32,000 nt of DNA. It comes from Cereibacter sphaeroides 2.4.1. Its GTDB lineage: Bacteria; Pseudomonadota; Alphaproteobacteria; Rhodobacterales; Rhodobacteraceae. Position 1 is the stretch's first letter. Each line of letters begins with the position of its first letter. Positions 8,414 to 16,894 of the stretch are shown piece by piece. The stretch is taken from positions 1-32,000 of the forward strand of contig NC_009008.1 in the NCBI RefSeq assembly GCF_000012905.2, read 5' to 3'. The notes under the pieces are model-generated. The model was not told where the DNA came from, made no database searches, and was given only the letters and a program-made list of their open reading frames with translations. The position numbers and the translations under genes are program-made.

Positions 8414-8959
8414 ATGGGGCGTCGTTTCGTTATGGTGCCGGGCATCGGGGGATCCGGCCCTGAGCATTGGCAGAGCCATTGGGAAAGTCTCTATCCGAAC
8501 ACCCTCCGGATAGAGCCGAATTCCTGGGATGAGCCCGACCTTGCGGACTGGTTCGCCGCCCTGGACCGGGCGGTCGCCGCAGCACCTTATCCGCCGGTGC
8601 TGGTATGCCATTCGCTCGGGTGCCTGCTCTTTGCCCACTGGCGTGCGGCGTCGTCCCGTGCCATCGCCGCGGCATTTCTTGTTGCCGTGCCGGACCCGAG
8701 CGGGCCGGCTTTCCCGGCGCAGGCAAAGGCATTCGGAGCGCTACCTGCAACGGGGTTTGGTGAGCGGCCGGTGTTGGCCGTCGCAAGTGAGAACGATCCC
8801 TATGATCCGGAGGCGAGTGCGATAGCCTGGGCTGTCAGACAAGGCGCCTGGCCGCGTCGTCTCGGCCCAAGGGGCCATTTGAACGAGGCGTCGAACATCG
8901 GCGCCTGGCCCGAAGGCCAAGAGCTTCTGGCAGATTTCCTGGACAAGATCGGAGAGTAG
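8414..8959 (+). CDS. YdeN/RBBP9-type serine hydrolase (alpha/beta fold, Ser_hydrolase/DUF1234-like)
   Basis: VMVPGIGGSGPEHWQSHWESLYPNTLRIEPNSWDEPDLADWFAALDRAV...PPVLVCHSLGCLLFAHW matches the family pattern. SD AGGAG precedes ATG 8414. Confidence 0.75.
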   Translation: MGRRFVMVPGIGGSGPEHWQSHWESLYPNTLRIEPNSWDEPDLADWFAALDRAVAAAPYPPVLVCHSLGCLLFAHWRAASSRAIAAAFLVAVPDPSGPAFPAQAKAFGALPATGFGERPVLAVASENDPYDPEASAIAWAVRQGAWPRRLGPRGHLNEASNIGAWPEGQELLADFLDKIGE

Positions 8960-8961
8960 CC

Positions 8962-9594
8962 ATGGACGTTGCAACTGCATTGCTGAGCTTTTCCATTGCA
9001 GCGGCTTTGCTGACGATCACACCGGGGCTCGATACAGCCCTCGTTCTGCGGACGGCGGCGGTCGAGGGGCCGCGCCGGGCGATGCTGGCGGGGGCAGGGG
9101 TGGTGACCGGGGTGCTGGCATGGGGATTGATTGCGGCTTTGGGGCTCGGTGCTGTGCTGGCCGTGTCGGAACTGGCTTACCGTTGTCTTCAGCTTGCCGG
9201 CGCGGCCTACCTGATCTGGCTGGGTATCGGGATGTTGCGGGGAGCGTTGCGTGCGCGAGAGCCGGGCCTGCCCAAGGTCATGGCGCCTTCCGCACCAAAT
9301 TGGTTCCTGCGCGGGGTAATGACCAACCTTCTTAACCCCAAGGTCGGTGTCTTCTATATCAGCTTCCTGCCGCAGTTTCTGCCCGTGGGCGTTTCGGTGG
9401 TGCCGTTCAGCGTCCTGCTCGCGGGGATACACGCGTCGATGGGGCTGATCTTTTTTGCAGCGCTGACTGCCGCGACAGTGCCGTTTCAGAATGCCCTGAA
9501 CGGCCCTCGCCTGCCTCGGCTCCTCGACGGGGTCACCGGCAGTGTCTTGATCGGGTTCGCCCTGCGACTGCTGACGGAGCGGCGCGTGGGATGA
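8962..9594 (+). CDS. LysE/RhtB-family amino-acid exporter
   Basis: 210 aa. N-terminus LTITPGLDTALVLRTAAVEGPRRA..., then NLLNPKVGVFYISFLPQF. Six TM-like segments. Starts 3 nt after the preceding stop, with SD GGAGAG. Confidence 0.85.
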   Translation: MDVATALLSFSIAAALLTITPGLDTALVLRTAAVEGPRRAMLAGAGVVTGVLAWGLIAALGLGAVLAVSELAYRCLQLAGAAYLIWLGIGMLRGALRAREPGLPKVMAPSAPNWFLRGVMTNLLNPKVGVFYISFLPQFLPVGVSVVPFSVLLAGIHASMGLIFFAALTAATVPFQNALNGPRLPRLLDGVTGSVLIGFALRLLTERRVG

Positions 9595-9596
9595 CC

Positions 9597-10361
9597 TCAG
9601 CTCTCGATCCGACGCTGCAACTGACCGGGCGTGATCCCATGGGCGGCCTGAAAGGCGGCCACGAAGCCGCTCGCTGTGGCGTAGCCGGCAGCATGGGCTG
9701 CATGTTGCACGCTCTTGCCGGCCATCAACGGGGCAATTGCGCGTGCCAACCGCAGGTCTCGCATCCAGGTGGTCCAGCTCTGCCCGGTGTCGCGACGGGC
9801 GAGCCGTTGCAGGCTGCGCCGCGACAGCGCCAGTGCCGCGGCCCAGTGGTCGAGCGAATGGTCGGCCCCATCGAGATGTGCCAGAGCGATACGACGCAGG
9901 CGCGGGTCGGTTGGTAGCGGCAGCGTGGGCGCGGGGGCGGGGCGCGCAAGCCGGTCCCACAGCACGGCCGTCAGCCGGGCGAAGGCGGGCTCTTGCCGGT
10001 CGGCGCGGCTGGACCCTGCGAGAGTGCGGAGAAGTTCGGCCTCCAGCGCTTCGAGAGGGAAAGGTGTGGGGGCCTTGGGCAGTGGCGCCGCGGCGGGTCG
10101 GGTGTAGAGGCTGACCGATTTCCGCGCGCCCTCGGCCCGGATGCGGTGGCGGTGCGTCGGTGGAAGCCAGATCGCCATGCCGGGAGAGAGAAGATGCAGC
10201 CGGCCTCCTGTCTCGACCGTCACCGGCCGGTCCGGGCACCAGGCGAGCTGCCCGCGCCAGTGCGCATGCGCCTCGGGCATTGTGCCGGGTGTGAAGCTCG
10301 TGATCCTGCCGATCACCGGGCTTCCATCCTCGGCAAATCCTCCGATCTCATCGCGCTGCAT
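9597..10361 (-). CDS. AraC-family transcriptional regulator (cupin N-domain + HTH)
   Basis: 254 aa. Cupin-like HAHWRGQLAWCP...AIWLPPTHRHRI. C-terminal AraC HTH SLQRLARRDTGQSWTTWMRDLRLARAI...AAHAAGYATASGFVAAFQAAHGITPGQ. Confidence 0.85.
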   Translation of the reverse strand: MQRDEIGGFAEDGSPVIGRITSFTPGTMPEAHAHWRGQLAWCPDRPVTVETGGRLHLLSPGMAIWLPPTHRHRIRAEGARKSVSLYTRPAAAPLPKAPTPFPLEALEAELLRTLAGSSRADRQEPAFARLTAVLWDRLARPAPAPTLPLPTDPRLRRIALAHLDGADHSLDHWAAALALSRRSLQRLARRDTGQSWTTWMRDLRLARAIAPLMAGKSVQHAAHAAGYATASGFVAAFQAAHGITPGQLQRRIES

Positions 10362-10452
10362 GCTGGCACCTCCGGGGTATCATCTGGCACCGGGGCAACA
10401 CATTTTTCCAGCGCTTCCGTCACGATCGCGCGGAGGCGGAGCGGAGGACCGT

Positions 10453-11193
10453 ATGGATATGGCGACAATCGCGCTGCTCGCGGGCGCAGGGCTGCTCGGC
10501 GGGCTGTGCAATGCGATCGCGGGCGGCGGCACGTTTTTTACCTTCCCGGCGCTGCTGGCCGTGGGGCTGCCGCCGGTGACGGCGGGCGCAACCAGCGCAG
10601 TGGCGATCTGGCCCGGCCATGCGGCCAGCCTGATCGGCGAAGGCGCGGTGCTGCGTCAGGACCTGATCGCGCGGCCCGGGCGCGTCACGGTGTTTGCGCT
10701 GGCCTCGGCGGCGGGGGCCGGGCTGTTGCTGCTGTCGGGAGATGCACTGTTCCGGCAGTTGGTCCCCTGGCTGCTGCTTTTCGCGACGCTGCTGTTTGCG
10801 GCAGGGCCCATGCTCAACCGCTGGCTTGCCCGCTGCGGGGTGTCGATCGGGCCAGTCAGCGCCGCGTGCGCCGAGGGGGGCGTGGCCCTTTATGGTGGCT
10901 ACTTTGGGGCAGGGCTGGGGGTGCTGCTGCTGGCGCTGCTGACCGTGACGGGAGACGACGATCTGAAGCGGCTGAACGTGGTCAAGAATGCTCTGGCGAC
11001 ACTTGCGACCAGTATCGCCGTCCTGATCTTCGCCTTTGGCGGCGCGGTCGTCTGGGGGCCGGCTGCCCTGGTCTTCCTGGGGGCGACGGCAGGTGGTGTC
11101 ATCGGTGGCCGGCTGGCGCGCCGGGTGAACCCGCAAACCCTGCGCGCCGCGATCGTCTGCCTCGGCCTGTTGCTGGTCTGGCACTACGCGTGA
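10453..11193 (+). CDS. TauE/SafE-family (DUF81) anion exporter
   Basis: From ATG 10453: MDMATIALLAGAGLLGGLCNAIAGGGTFFTFPALLAVGLPPVTAGATSAVAIWPG..., 246 aa, multi-TM. Divergent from the AraC gene. Confidence 0.8.
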   Translation: MDMATIALLAGAGLLGGLCNAIAGGGTFFTFPALLAVGLPPVTAGATSAVAIWPGHAASLIGEGAVLRQDLIARPGRVTVFALASAAGAGLLLLSGDALFRQLVPWLLLFATLLFAAGPMLNRWLARCGVSIGPVSAACAEGGVALYGGYFGAGLGVLLLALLTVTGDDDLKRLNVVKNALATLATSIAVLIFAFGGAVVWGPAALVFLGATAGGVIGGRLARRVNPQTLRAAIVCLGLLLVWHYA

Positions 11194-11946
11194 GCCCGGG
11201 TCGAGGCGCGGAACGCCTCGCGCAGGGCCGTGGTAATCCGCCCCACGGGCCATGTGCTGTGCTTGCCGGGGCGGTCGAGCGACCACGGGACGAAGCTCGA
11301 CCGACGTGCCCGTGACGAAGACCTCGTCCGCTGCATCCAGATCGTCGAGGCTGACGGTTCCTTCATGAACCGACAGGCCGAGGCCACGCGCAAGGTCGAA
11401 GACATGGCGCTTGGTCAGGCTGTCGAGAAAGCATGTAGGAAGGGGAGACAGAAGCCTGCCATTCCGGACAAGGACGATGTTCGTCACCGTGGTTTCGGCG
11501 ACATGGCCTGCCATATCCAGCATGAGGGCATCGTCATGTCCGCTACGGGCAGCTGCGGCCCGCGACAAGGTTCCGGTCATGTAGAGCCCCGAGCATTTCG
11601 ACGCCGTCGGCGCCGTATCGGGCGCGGGGCGCCGCCAATCCGACAGAACCAGGCGCAATCCGCCGGTCCCGTCCCCAAGGGCGGTCTCCACCGGCCAGTC
11701 CCAGGCCGCGATGGCGGTATGGATCCGGCACCCCTGTGCGGAAACGGTGACGCTTTCACTGCCGCGCCAGGCGATCGCCCGAACATAGGCGTCCTTCAGT
11801 CCGCCAGCCCAAAGCACGGCCTCGGCGGCGGCCTGAAGATCATCGACCAGCCATGGCAGCGTGTAGCCGAGAAGTTCGGTCGAGCGCTGCAGGCATCGGA
11901 AATGCTCCTTGCCCAGAAACAGACGACCGTCATAGGCGCGGATAAT
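11184..11946 (-). pseudogene. Class IV (branched-chain/D-amino-acid) aminotransferase, 5'-truncated and 3'-frameshifted
   Basis: The reading frame opens after a TGA with no start: NAIIRAYDGRLFLGKEHFRCLQRSTELLGYTLPW...GLKDAYVRAIAWRG...DEVFVTGTSVELRPVV. A 1-nt shift near 11275 is then needed to reach SLDRPGKHSTWPVGRITTALREAFRA-stop. About 35-45 N-terminal residues are missing. Its 3' end overlaps the TauE stop by 10 nt. Confidence 0.65.
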
Positions 11947-12124
11947 CGCGTTTCAGCGGCGTCGACGACAATCCGCGTGCCCCCGTTACCTTATAAGCGG
12001 TGCCCAGCATATAGGGTCGCCAGAGCACGGTCCGACCCATGTCTGCCGCGATGGCCTCGATCCGCTGCGCCGCGAAGAAGGCGTAGCCGGACGAGAAGCC
12101 GAACCAGAACTCGAGGGAACTAAT
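11930..12124 (-). pseudogene. N-terminal fragment of a 2-hydroxychromene-2-carboxylate isomerase / DsbA-like family protein
   Basis: My translation gives SLEFWFGFSSGYAFFAAQRIEAIAADMGRTVLWRPYMLGTAYKVTGARGLSSTPLKRDY, then a stop. This fits the family N-terminus (IDFYFDFxSPYxY...WRPxxLG...K..G..P). No ATG, about 60 aa only, fused directly to the truncated aminotransferase. Confidence 0.5.
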
Positions 12125-12125
12125 A

Positions 12126-12291
12126 GCTCTTCGCCGTCCCAGTAATCGACCGCATCCGCGTTTCGGAAGGAACTGGCAACCCGGCGCTTTGCCTTGTCAC
12201 CTCCGTGCGCAGCGCCCGCGAAGACTGTCAGCTTGCCGCTGTCGGGATGCCTGGCATGGGTTTCAAGGTCAGTTCGGGAAAGTCTTGCCAT
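12126..12291 (-). pseudogene. Possible DUF1330-like remnant (C-terminal half only) with its own SD and ATG
   Basis: MARLSRTDLETHARHPDSGKLTVFAGAAHGGDKAKRRVASSFRNADAVDYWDGEEL loosely follows the DUF1330 C-half (GGxxLvRGG...vvIEFPSxEAAxxWYxSPEY). SD AAGGAG lies upstream of ATG 12291. The ORF then runs out of frame through the HCCA fragment. Weak call. Confidence 0.25.
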
Positions 12292-12500
12292 TCTTCGGGT
12301 CTCCTTCTCCGTCCGCGTTAGCGGTCGGGGCTGACTGTCATGCGGCAGCATGGCTGCTCGCAATTGAGGAATCTTCCGGAGGTCCTGAGGATTTCGCGGC
12401 GACGAACACAGAGAGGAATTCTCAATATCCGCTGAGGGATCCGAAATTCATGGCTCTGGTCACGAGGCGCATTCTCTGGGGGAACACACCGGAGGTGACC

Positions 12501-12698
12501 ATGAACCCGCGATGCACGGCAAATCCAGCGCAAGAGCACGACAAAGATAGTCTTGCATCAGGCCCGGCTCTGCCGCCGCGCCGCTTTCGGGCCTTTCACC
12601 GCTTGAGCGACAGGGAGTTGAAATATCTGGGATTGGATCGCCAAAATCTGCCGATCTTCAATCCTGTTCAGGCCATTCGCCGAGACGACCTGTTCTAG
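12501..12698 (+). CDS. DUF1127-domain small protein (65 aa)
   Basis: C-terminal FRAFHRLSDRELKYLGLDRQNLP matches the DUF1127 motif (LSDxxLxDiGLxRxdI). SD GGAGG at 12491-12495 lies 5 nt before ATG 12501. The upstream 104 codons of the track ORF have no support. Confidence 0.6.
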   Translation: MNPRCTANPAQEHDKDSLASGPALPPRRFRAFHRLSDRELKYLGLDRQNLPIFNPVQAIRRDDLF

Positions 12699-13149
12699 CG
12701 CGATGCGGGCAGGTCTGGCGTATCATGCAAGCAGATCAGTGTTTGCATCCCCGTGGCGACATGTTTGCGGCGTTCTCCATCAACGCCCCATACATCGAGC
12801 TGGCAGATGGTCAGTGTGCGACCATTCTTGATCACGCGGCCGACAGCCTCGGTAAAATCTCCTTGCGCCGGGCTGATCAGGTTCAGTTTGAACTCGACCG
12901 TCAGGACCGTACTGCCTTCGGGGAAGAGGAGGAAATGAGCGTAACCGCCTGCGCTGTCGGCGATGGCCGATGTTCCGGCGGCATGGAAGTAGCCATGCTG
13001 CTGCGTGAGTTCTTGGCGGAACGGGAGACCTCGAGCCGCTACATGATGGTCGAAGCCTTTGTCCAGATCGACAAGGAGGAGATCGACCCCATTCTAAGCA
13101 TAGCCACGAAAGCCGCCTGATCATGCCCTCAGGCCATCCGGATAATCAT
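12695..13149 (-). pseudogene. PaaI/hotdog-fold acyl-CoA thioesterase, disrupted (in-frame TGA plus 1-nt frameshift)
   Basis: My translation gives MIIRMA-TGA-GHDQAAFVAMLRMG, then a frame shift at the C4 run 13087-13090, then VDLLLVDLDKGFDHHVAARGLPFRQELTQQHGYFHAAGTSAIADSAGGYAHFLLFPEGSTVLTVEFKLNLISPAQGDFTEAVGRVIKNGRTLTICQLDVWGVDGERRKHVATGMQTLICL. The long frame has no start codon, so it is absent from the ORF track. The 131-aa plus-strand track ORF here is its antisense shadow. Confidence 0.6.
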
Positions 13150-13175
13150 ACCAGCTTGACGGACGTGCCCCCCCG

Positions 13176-14000
13176 TCATTGCCTAGGCCGTTCCCAGGGG
13201 GCTCCATCGCCTTTCTCCCTCGGCACCACCAGTGCGCGACCGGAGTCCGGGTGAGGCAGCTTCAGCATCGGCAGGTCGTAGATGCGCTGCAGGCGGACGG
13301 GCTGCATGATGTCGGCGACAGGGCCGCTGTCGAGGATCTTGCCGGCCCGCAGCGCCACGAGATCGTCGCAGAAGCGCCCGGCAAGGTTCACGTCGTGCAG
13401 CACCATCACCACAGTGAGCCCCTGCCGGCGGTTGAGCCCGCGAAGGAGCGACAACACCTCGATCTGATGCGCGGGATCGAGCGCGGAGGTGGGCTCGTCC
13501 AGGAGGAGGCAACCCGCCCCCTGCGCGAGGAGCATGGCGATCCGGGCCCGCTGCCGCTCGCCGCCCGAAAGGGTCTCCACGGGGCTTTCGGCCTGGTCGG
13601 CGAGGCCTGCCTGGCGCAGGGCGTCCTGCTGGCGGGCGCGGTCCTCGGCGCCGAAGCGGCCGAAGGCGCCGTGCCAGGGAAAGCGGCCGAGCGCCACCAG
13701 CTCGGCGACCGTCAGGCCGGGGACGTGGGGCGGCGTCTGCGGCAGATGCGCCAGTTGCCGGGCAAAGTCGCTGGCGGCATAGGCGGCCAGAGGTCGACCG
13801 CGAAACAGGACTTGCCCGGCGGAGGGCGCGAGCTGCCGCGTCATCAGGCGCATGAGGGTCGATTTCCCCGAGCCGTTAGGCCCGAGGATGCCGGTCACGG
13901 AGCCGCGGGCGATGCGGAGATCCAGCCCCTCAAGGAGTTGCTGACCGGCGATTTGCACGCTCGCCTGACGGAGGTCGAATTCTGGAGAGCTGTGGGTCAT
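13176..14000 (-). CDS. fhuC: Iron-siderophore ABC transporter ATP-binding protein (FhuC/FecE-like)
   Basis: The last 274 aa of the 1435-aa track ORF: MTHSSPEFDLRQASVQIAGQQLLEGLDLRIARGSVTGILGPNGSGKSTLMRL (Walker A), LSGGERQRARIAMLLAQ (signature), LLLDEPTSALD (Walker B). ATG 14000. Confidence 0.9.
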   Translation of the reverse strand: MTHSSPEFDLRQASVQIAGQQLLEGLDLRIARGSVTGILGPNGSGKSTLMRLMTRQLAPSAGQVLFRGRPLAAYAASDFARQLAHLPQTPPHVPGLTVAELVALGRFPWHGAFGRFGAEDRARQQDALRQAGLADQAESPVETLSGGERQRARIAMLLAQGAGCLLLDEPTSALDPAHQIEVLSLLRGLNRRQGLTVVMVLHDVNLAGRFCDDLVALRAGKILDSGPVADIMQPVRLQRIYDLPMLKLPHPDSGRALVVPREKGDGAPWERPRQ

Positions 14001-14047
14001 GGATGTCCTTCGCCGTGACGGGGCAGGGAGCCTTCCGCTGCGCGGCA

Positions 14048-15985
14048 TCAAGCGGCACGCTTGCGGAGTTGCCAGAGAAAGAAGGGGCCGCCCAGGAGCG
14101 CTGCGAGCAGGCCGGGCGAGATTGGCCAAGGCCAGGCCAGCAGCCCGCCCACCCATTGCGCAAGGACCATGACCGAGGCGCCGGTCGCGACCGAAGCGAG
14201 GGCCGCCGGCGCGGTGGCGCGGAACCCCATTGTCGCCACGAGATGGGGTACGATCAGGCCGACGAAGCTGATCGGACCGAGGGCGATCGTGCCCGCGGCA
14301 GCGGCAAGAGACGCGAGCGCAAGCCCCGCAGCGCGGGCGGGCGTCACGGCCAGCCCGCGCCCTGCGGCGACCGCCTCGTCGAGCGCGAGCAGGTCGAACC
14401 AGCGCCGCAGGAGGAGCGCCACCGCCAGTACCGCGATCGCCACGCTCCAGGCCAGCAGAGCCTGGGCGAGGCTCGCGCTGCCGGTGGACCCGGAGAACCA
14501 GCTGAGGAGCGCTGCGCCTTTCGGCCCGCCCGAGGCCAGCACCAGCGTCAGAAGCGCCTGCGCCGTGCTGCCGAACCCCACGCCGATCAGCAGCAGACGC
14601 GAGGTCGCAAACCGGACCCGCGCGGCCAGCAGCGTCACCAGCGCCAGCGTCGCTCCTGCGCCTGTGGCCGTCAGGGCGAAGCGCGAGACGAGCCCGCTTT
14701 CCGGCAGGAAGACCATGGCCAGCGCGAAGGCAAGGCCCGCCCCATGCCCGACGCCGAGGAGGTCGGGGCTCGTCAGCGGGTTGCGCAGGAGGCGCTGGAG
14801 CAGAAGGCCCGAGAGCGCAAGACAGGCGCCTGCGCCGGCCGCGAGCAGCAGCGGCGGCAGGCGCCAGCGCAGGACGGCGGCCAGATCCCTGGCCGTGGTG
14901 AGGTGCAGGCCGGCTTCCGAGCGACCGATCAGCAGCGCGAGGGCGAGCAGGACAGGCACGGCAAGCGCCAAAGGAAGCAGTGCCCGCATCGGACGCCGGG
15001 GCCGGGCGAGCGCCGGCGGTTCGGGGCGCGCGGGAAGATCCGGGCTTCGCGATCCGAGCGACAGAAAAACGAGAAGCGGTCCAATGAAGAGGCCTGACGC
15101 CGCGCCGACCGGGACGTCCCCGGCAAGACCCGAGAGCAGCCGCGCCGTCTGGTCGGCAAGCAGCAGCAGGACCGCGCCCCAGAGTCCCGCGCGGGGCAGG
15201 TCGGGCCGGGAGCGACCCCCAGACCTGCCGCCCAGGCCGCGGGCGAGCGCGGGGCCCGCGAGCCCCACGAAGCCGATCAGGCCCACCGTCGCCACCACCG
15301 AAGCCGTGATCCAGGCCGCGGCGGCGAGCAGCAGGAGCTTGGTCCGGCGCACGGAGAGGCCGAGGCCCTCTGCGGTCTCCTCGCCCAGCATCAGAAGCTG
15401 GAGCGGCCGGTGCATCAGCCACAGCGCCCCCGCCACGGGGGCGGTCTGCGCGAGAAGGCCGAGGCCGGGTTGCCAGCCGGCCTGCGCCAGCGAGCCGGCC
15501 TGCCATGTCAGCAGCTCCTGCAGGAAATCGTGGTTGAAGAGGACGAGAAGCGCATGGGCGGCCGCGGCGCAGAGATTGACCATCACGCCGGCGAGCACCA
15601 GCGCCTGACTGTGCAGGCCGCGGCCCCATGCAACGGCCAGCACCAGGATCAGCGCCCCCGCGGCTCCGGTCAGGGCAAGGAGCCCCGGCGCGGCCTGCCA
15701 GAGAGCCGGAGCCAGCAGCAGCCCTGCGGCCAGTGCCAGCGAGGCGCCACCCGAGATGCCGAGGAGCCCGGGTTCGGCCAGCGGGTTGGCGAAGATGCGC
15801 TGGCAGACCTCGCCCGCCATCGAGAGAAGGAACCCCGCGAGAAGCGCCATGGCGAGGCGCGGCAGGCTGCTCTGGGTCAGCACGAGCCGGGCGAGCCCGT
15901 CGCCCGCCAGCGCCTCGGGCAAGAGGGGCAGCAGACCTTGCAGCGTGAGCGCGCCGGCGAGGAGAAGGAGAAGCGTGCGCGCCAT
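14048..15985 (-). CDS. fhuB: Iron-siderophore ABC permease, fused double FecCD domain (FhuB-like)
   Basis: 645 aa with two tandem FecCD-type halves, each with the GxxGxIGFVGLxxPH-like motif (VGLIGFVGLAGPAL; GPISFVGLIVPHL). The size and duplication are typical of FhuB. Confidence 0.9.
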   Translation of the reverse strand: MARTLLLLLAGALTLQGLLPLLPEALAGDGLARLVLTQSSLPRLAMALLAGFLLSMAGEVCQRIFANPLAEPGLLGISGGASLALAAGLLLAPALWQAAPGLLALTGAAGALILVLAVAWGRGLHSQALVLAGVMVNLCAAAAHALLVLFNHDFLQELLTWQAGSLAQAGWQPGLGLLAQTAPVAGALWLMHRPLQLLMLGEETAEGLGLSVRRTKLLLLAAAAWITASVVATVGLIGFVGLAGPALARGLGGRSGGRSRPDLPRAGLWGAVLLLLADQTARLLSGLAGDVPVGAASGLFIGPLLVFLSLGSRSPDLPARPEPPALARPRRPMRALLPLALAVPVLLALALLIGRSEAGLHLTTARDLAAVLRWRLPPLLLAAGAGACLALSGLLLQRLLRNPLTSPDLLGVGHGAGLAFALAMVFLPESGLVSRFALTATGAGATLALVTLLAARVRFATSRLLLIGVGFGSTAQALLTLVLASGGPKGAALLSWFSGSTGSASLAQALLAWSVAIAVLAVALLLRRWFDLLALDEAVAAGRGLAVTPARAAGLALASLAAAAGTIALGPISFVGLIVPHLVATMGFRATAPAALASVATGASVMVLAQWVGGLLAWPWPISPGLLAALLGGPFFLWQLRKRAA

Positions 15986-15988
15986 GGA

Positions 15989-16852
15989 TCAGCCTTGCAT
16001 GAGGGCCGCGGCGACCGTTTCGGCCAGATGCCGGGCCGAGAGCAGCGCGCCCTGCGGATAGAAGCTGCCGATCCAGTGCGCACGCCCCGACGCGACGGCG
16101 GGCACCGCGCGCCAGAGGGCGCTCGCCCGCAGCATCCGCTCGGTCCGCGGCCGCATCGAGGCGATCTCGACCAGCAGGATGGTGGCGTCTTCCAGCCGGA
16201 TCAGCTCCTCGAGAGAGGCGCGGTAGGTGCCGAGCGCAGTGACCGGGCCCGTCCAGGCGTTGGCGAGGCCCATCCGCGCCAGCACCGCGTCGGGCAGGCT
16301 GCCACGACCGTAGAGGGTGAAGAGCCGCCCCGAGAGGTCGGGGACGCAGACGAGGACGGAGCCGCGGTCCGCCGGCACACGCCGGTCCTCGGTCGTCAGG
16401 ACCGCCTCCGTCCCGGCCACAAGCCGTGCAGCGCTGTCCGGCGCGAGGCCTGCGGTGGCGGCCATCTGGCGCGCGAGATCGGCGGCGAGATCGAGCCGGC
16501 TGCCATCCGTCTCGGTCGGCACGATCTCCACCGGGGCGATTGCGGCGATGCGCGGCGTCATCATCAGCGCCGAGGCCGGCGCGATGATCCTGTCGGGCGC
16601 GAGCCGCGCCAGATATTCGAGGTTGATCTCCCAGAAGGGCCCGATGTCGACCACGCCCGGCGGCAGGTCGAACGGCATGCGGCTGGCGAAATAGCCGCTG
16701 TCCGAGATCGCGAGCGGCGGTCGGTCGAGCGCGATCAGCGTCTCGGCCGCTGCCCAGTCGATGACGGCCAGCCGTGGGCCGGCCGTCGCCCGCGCAGGGA
16801 CGGGGAGGGTCAGGGCCACAAGGCCCGCGAGGAGAGGACGGCGCGAGATCAT
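15989..16852 (-). CDS. fhuD: Periplasmic iron-siderophore binding protein (FhuD-like, cluster A-2 SBP) with Tat-like signal
   Basis: MISRRPLLAGLVALTLPVPARA contains an SRRxLL twin-arginine-like motif. RLAVIDWAAAETLIALD and LARLAPDRII match the Peripla_BP_2 pattern. There is a 3-nt gap to the fhuB start. Confidence 0.85.
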   Translation of the reverse strand: MISRRPLLAGLVALTLPVPARATAGPRLAVIDWAAAETLIALDRPPLAISDSGYFASRMPFDLPPGVVDIGPFWEINLEYLARLAPDRIIAPASALMMTPRIAAIAPVEIVPTETDGSRLDLAADLARQMAATAGLAPDSAARLVAGTEAVLTTEDRRVPADRGSVLVCVPDLSGRLFTLYGRGSLPDAVLARMGLANAWTGPVTALGTYRASLEELIRLEDATILLVEIASMRPRTERMLRASALWRAVPAVASGRAHWIGSFYPQGALLSARHLAETVAAALMQG

Positions 16853-16894
16853 GGGAGGACGACGGAGACGGCGGGCCGCCTCCGTCCGGATCCG

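Noticed and set aside
8800-10239. 479-aa minus-strand ORF across the LysE and AraC genes, and the 440-aa plus ORF at 9993-11315
   Set aside because: Low-complexity shadows. The LysE (plus), AraC (minus) and TauE (plus) frames explain the region.
12725-13120. 131-aa plus-strand ORF as a real gene
   Set aside because: The opposite strand encodes a recognisable PaaI/hotdog thioesterase core across the same bases. The plus ORF has no motifs and no SD, so it is most simply an open antisense frame.
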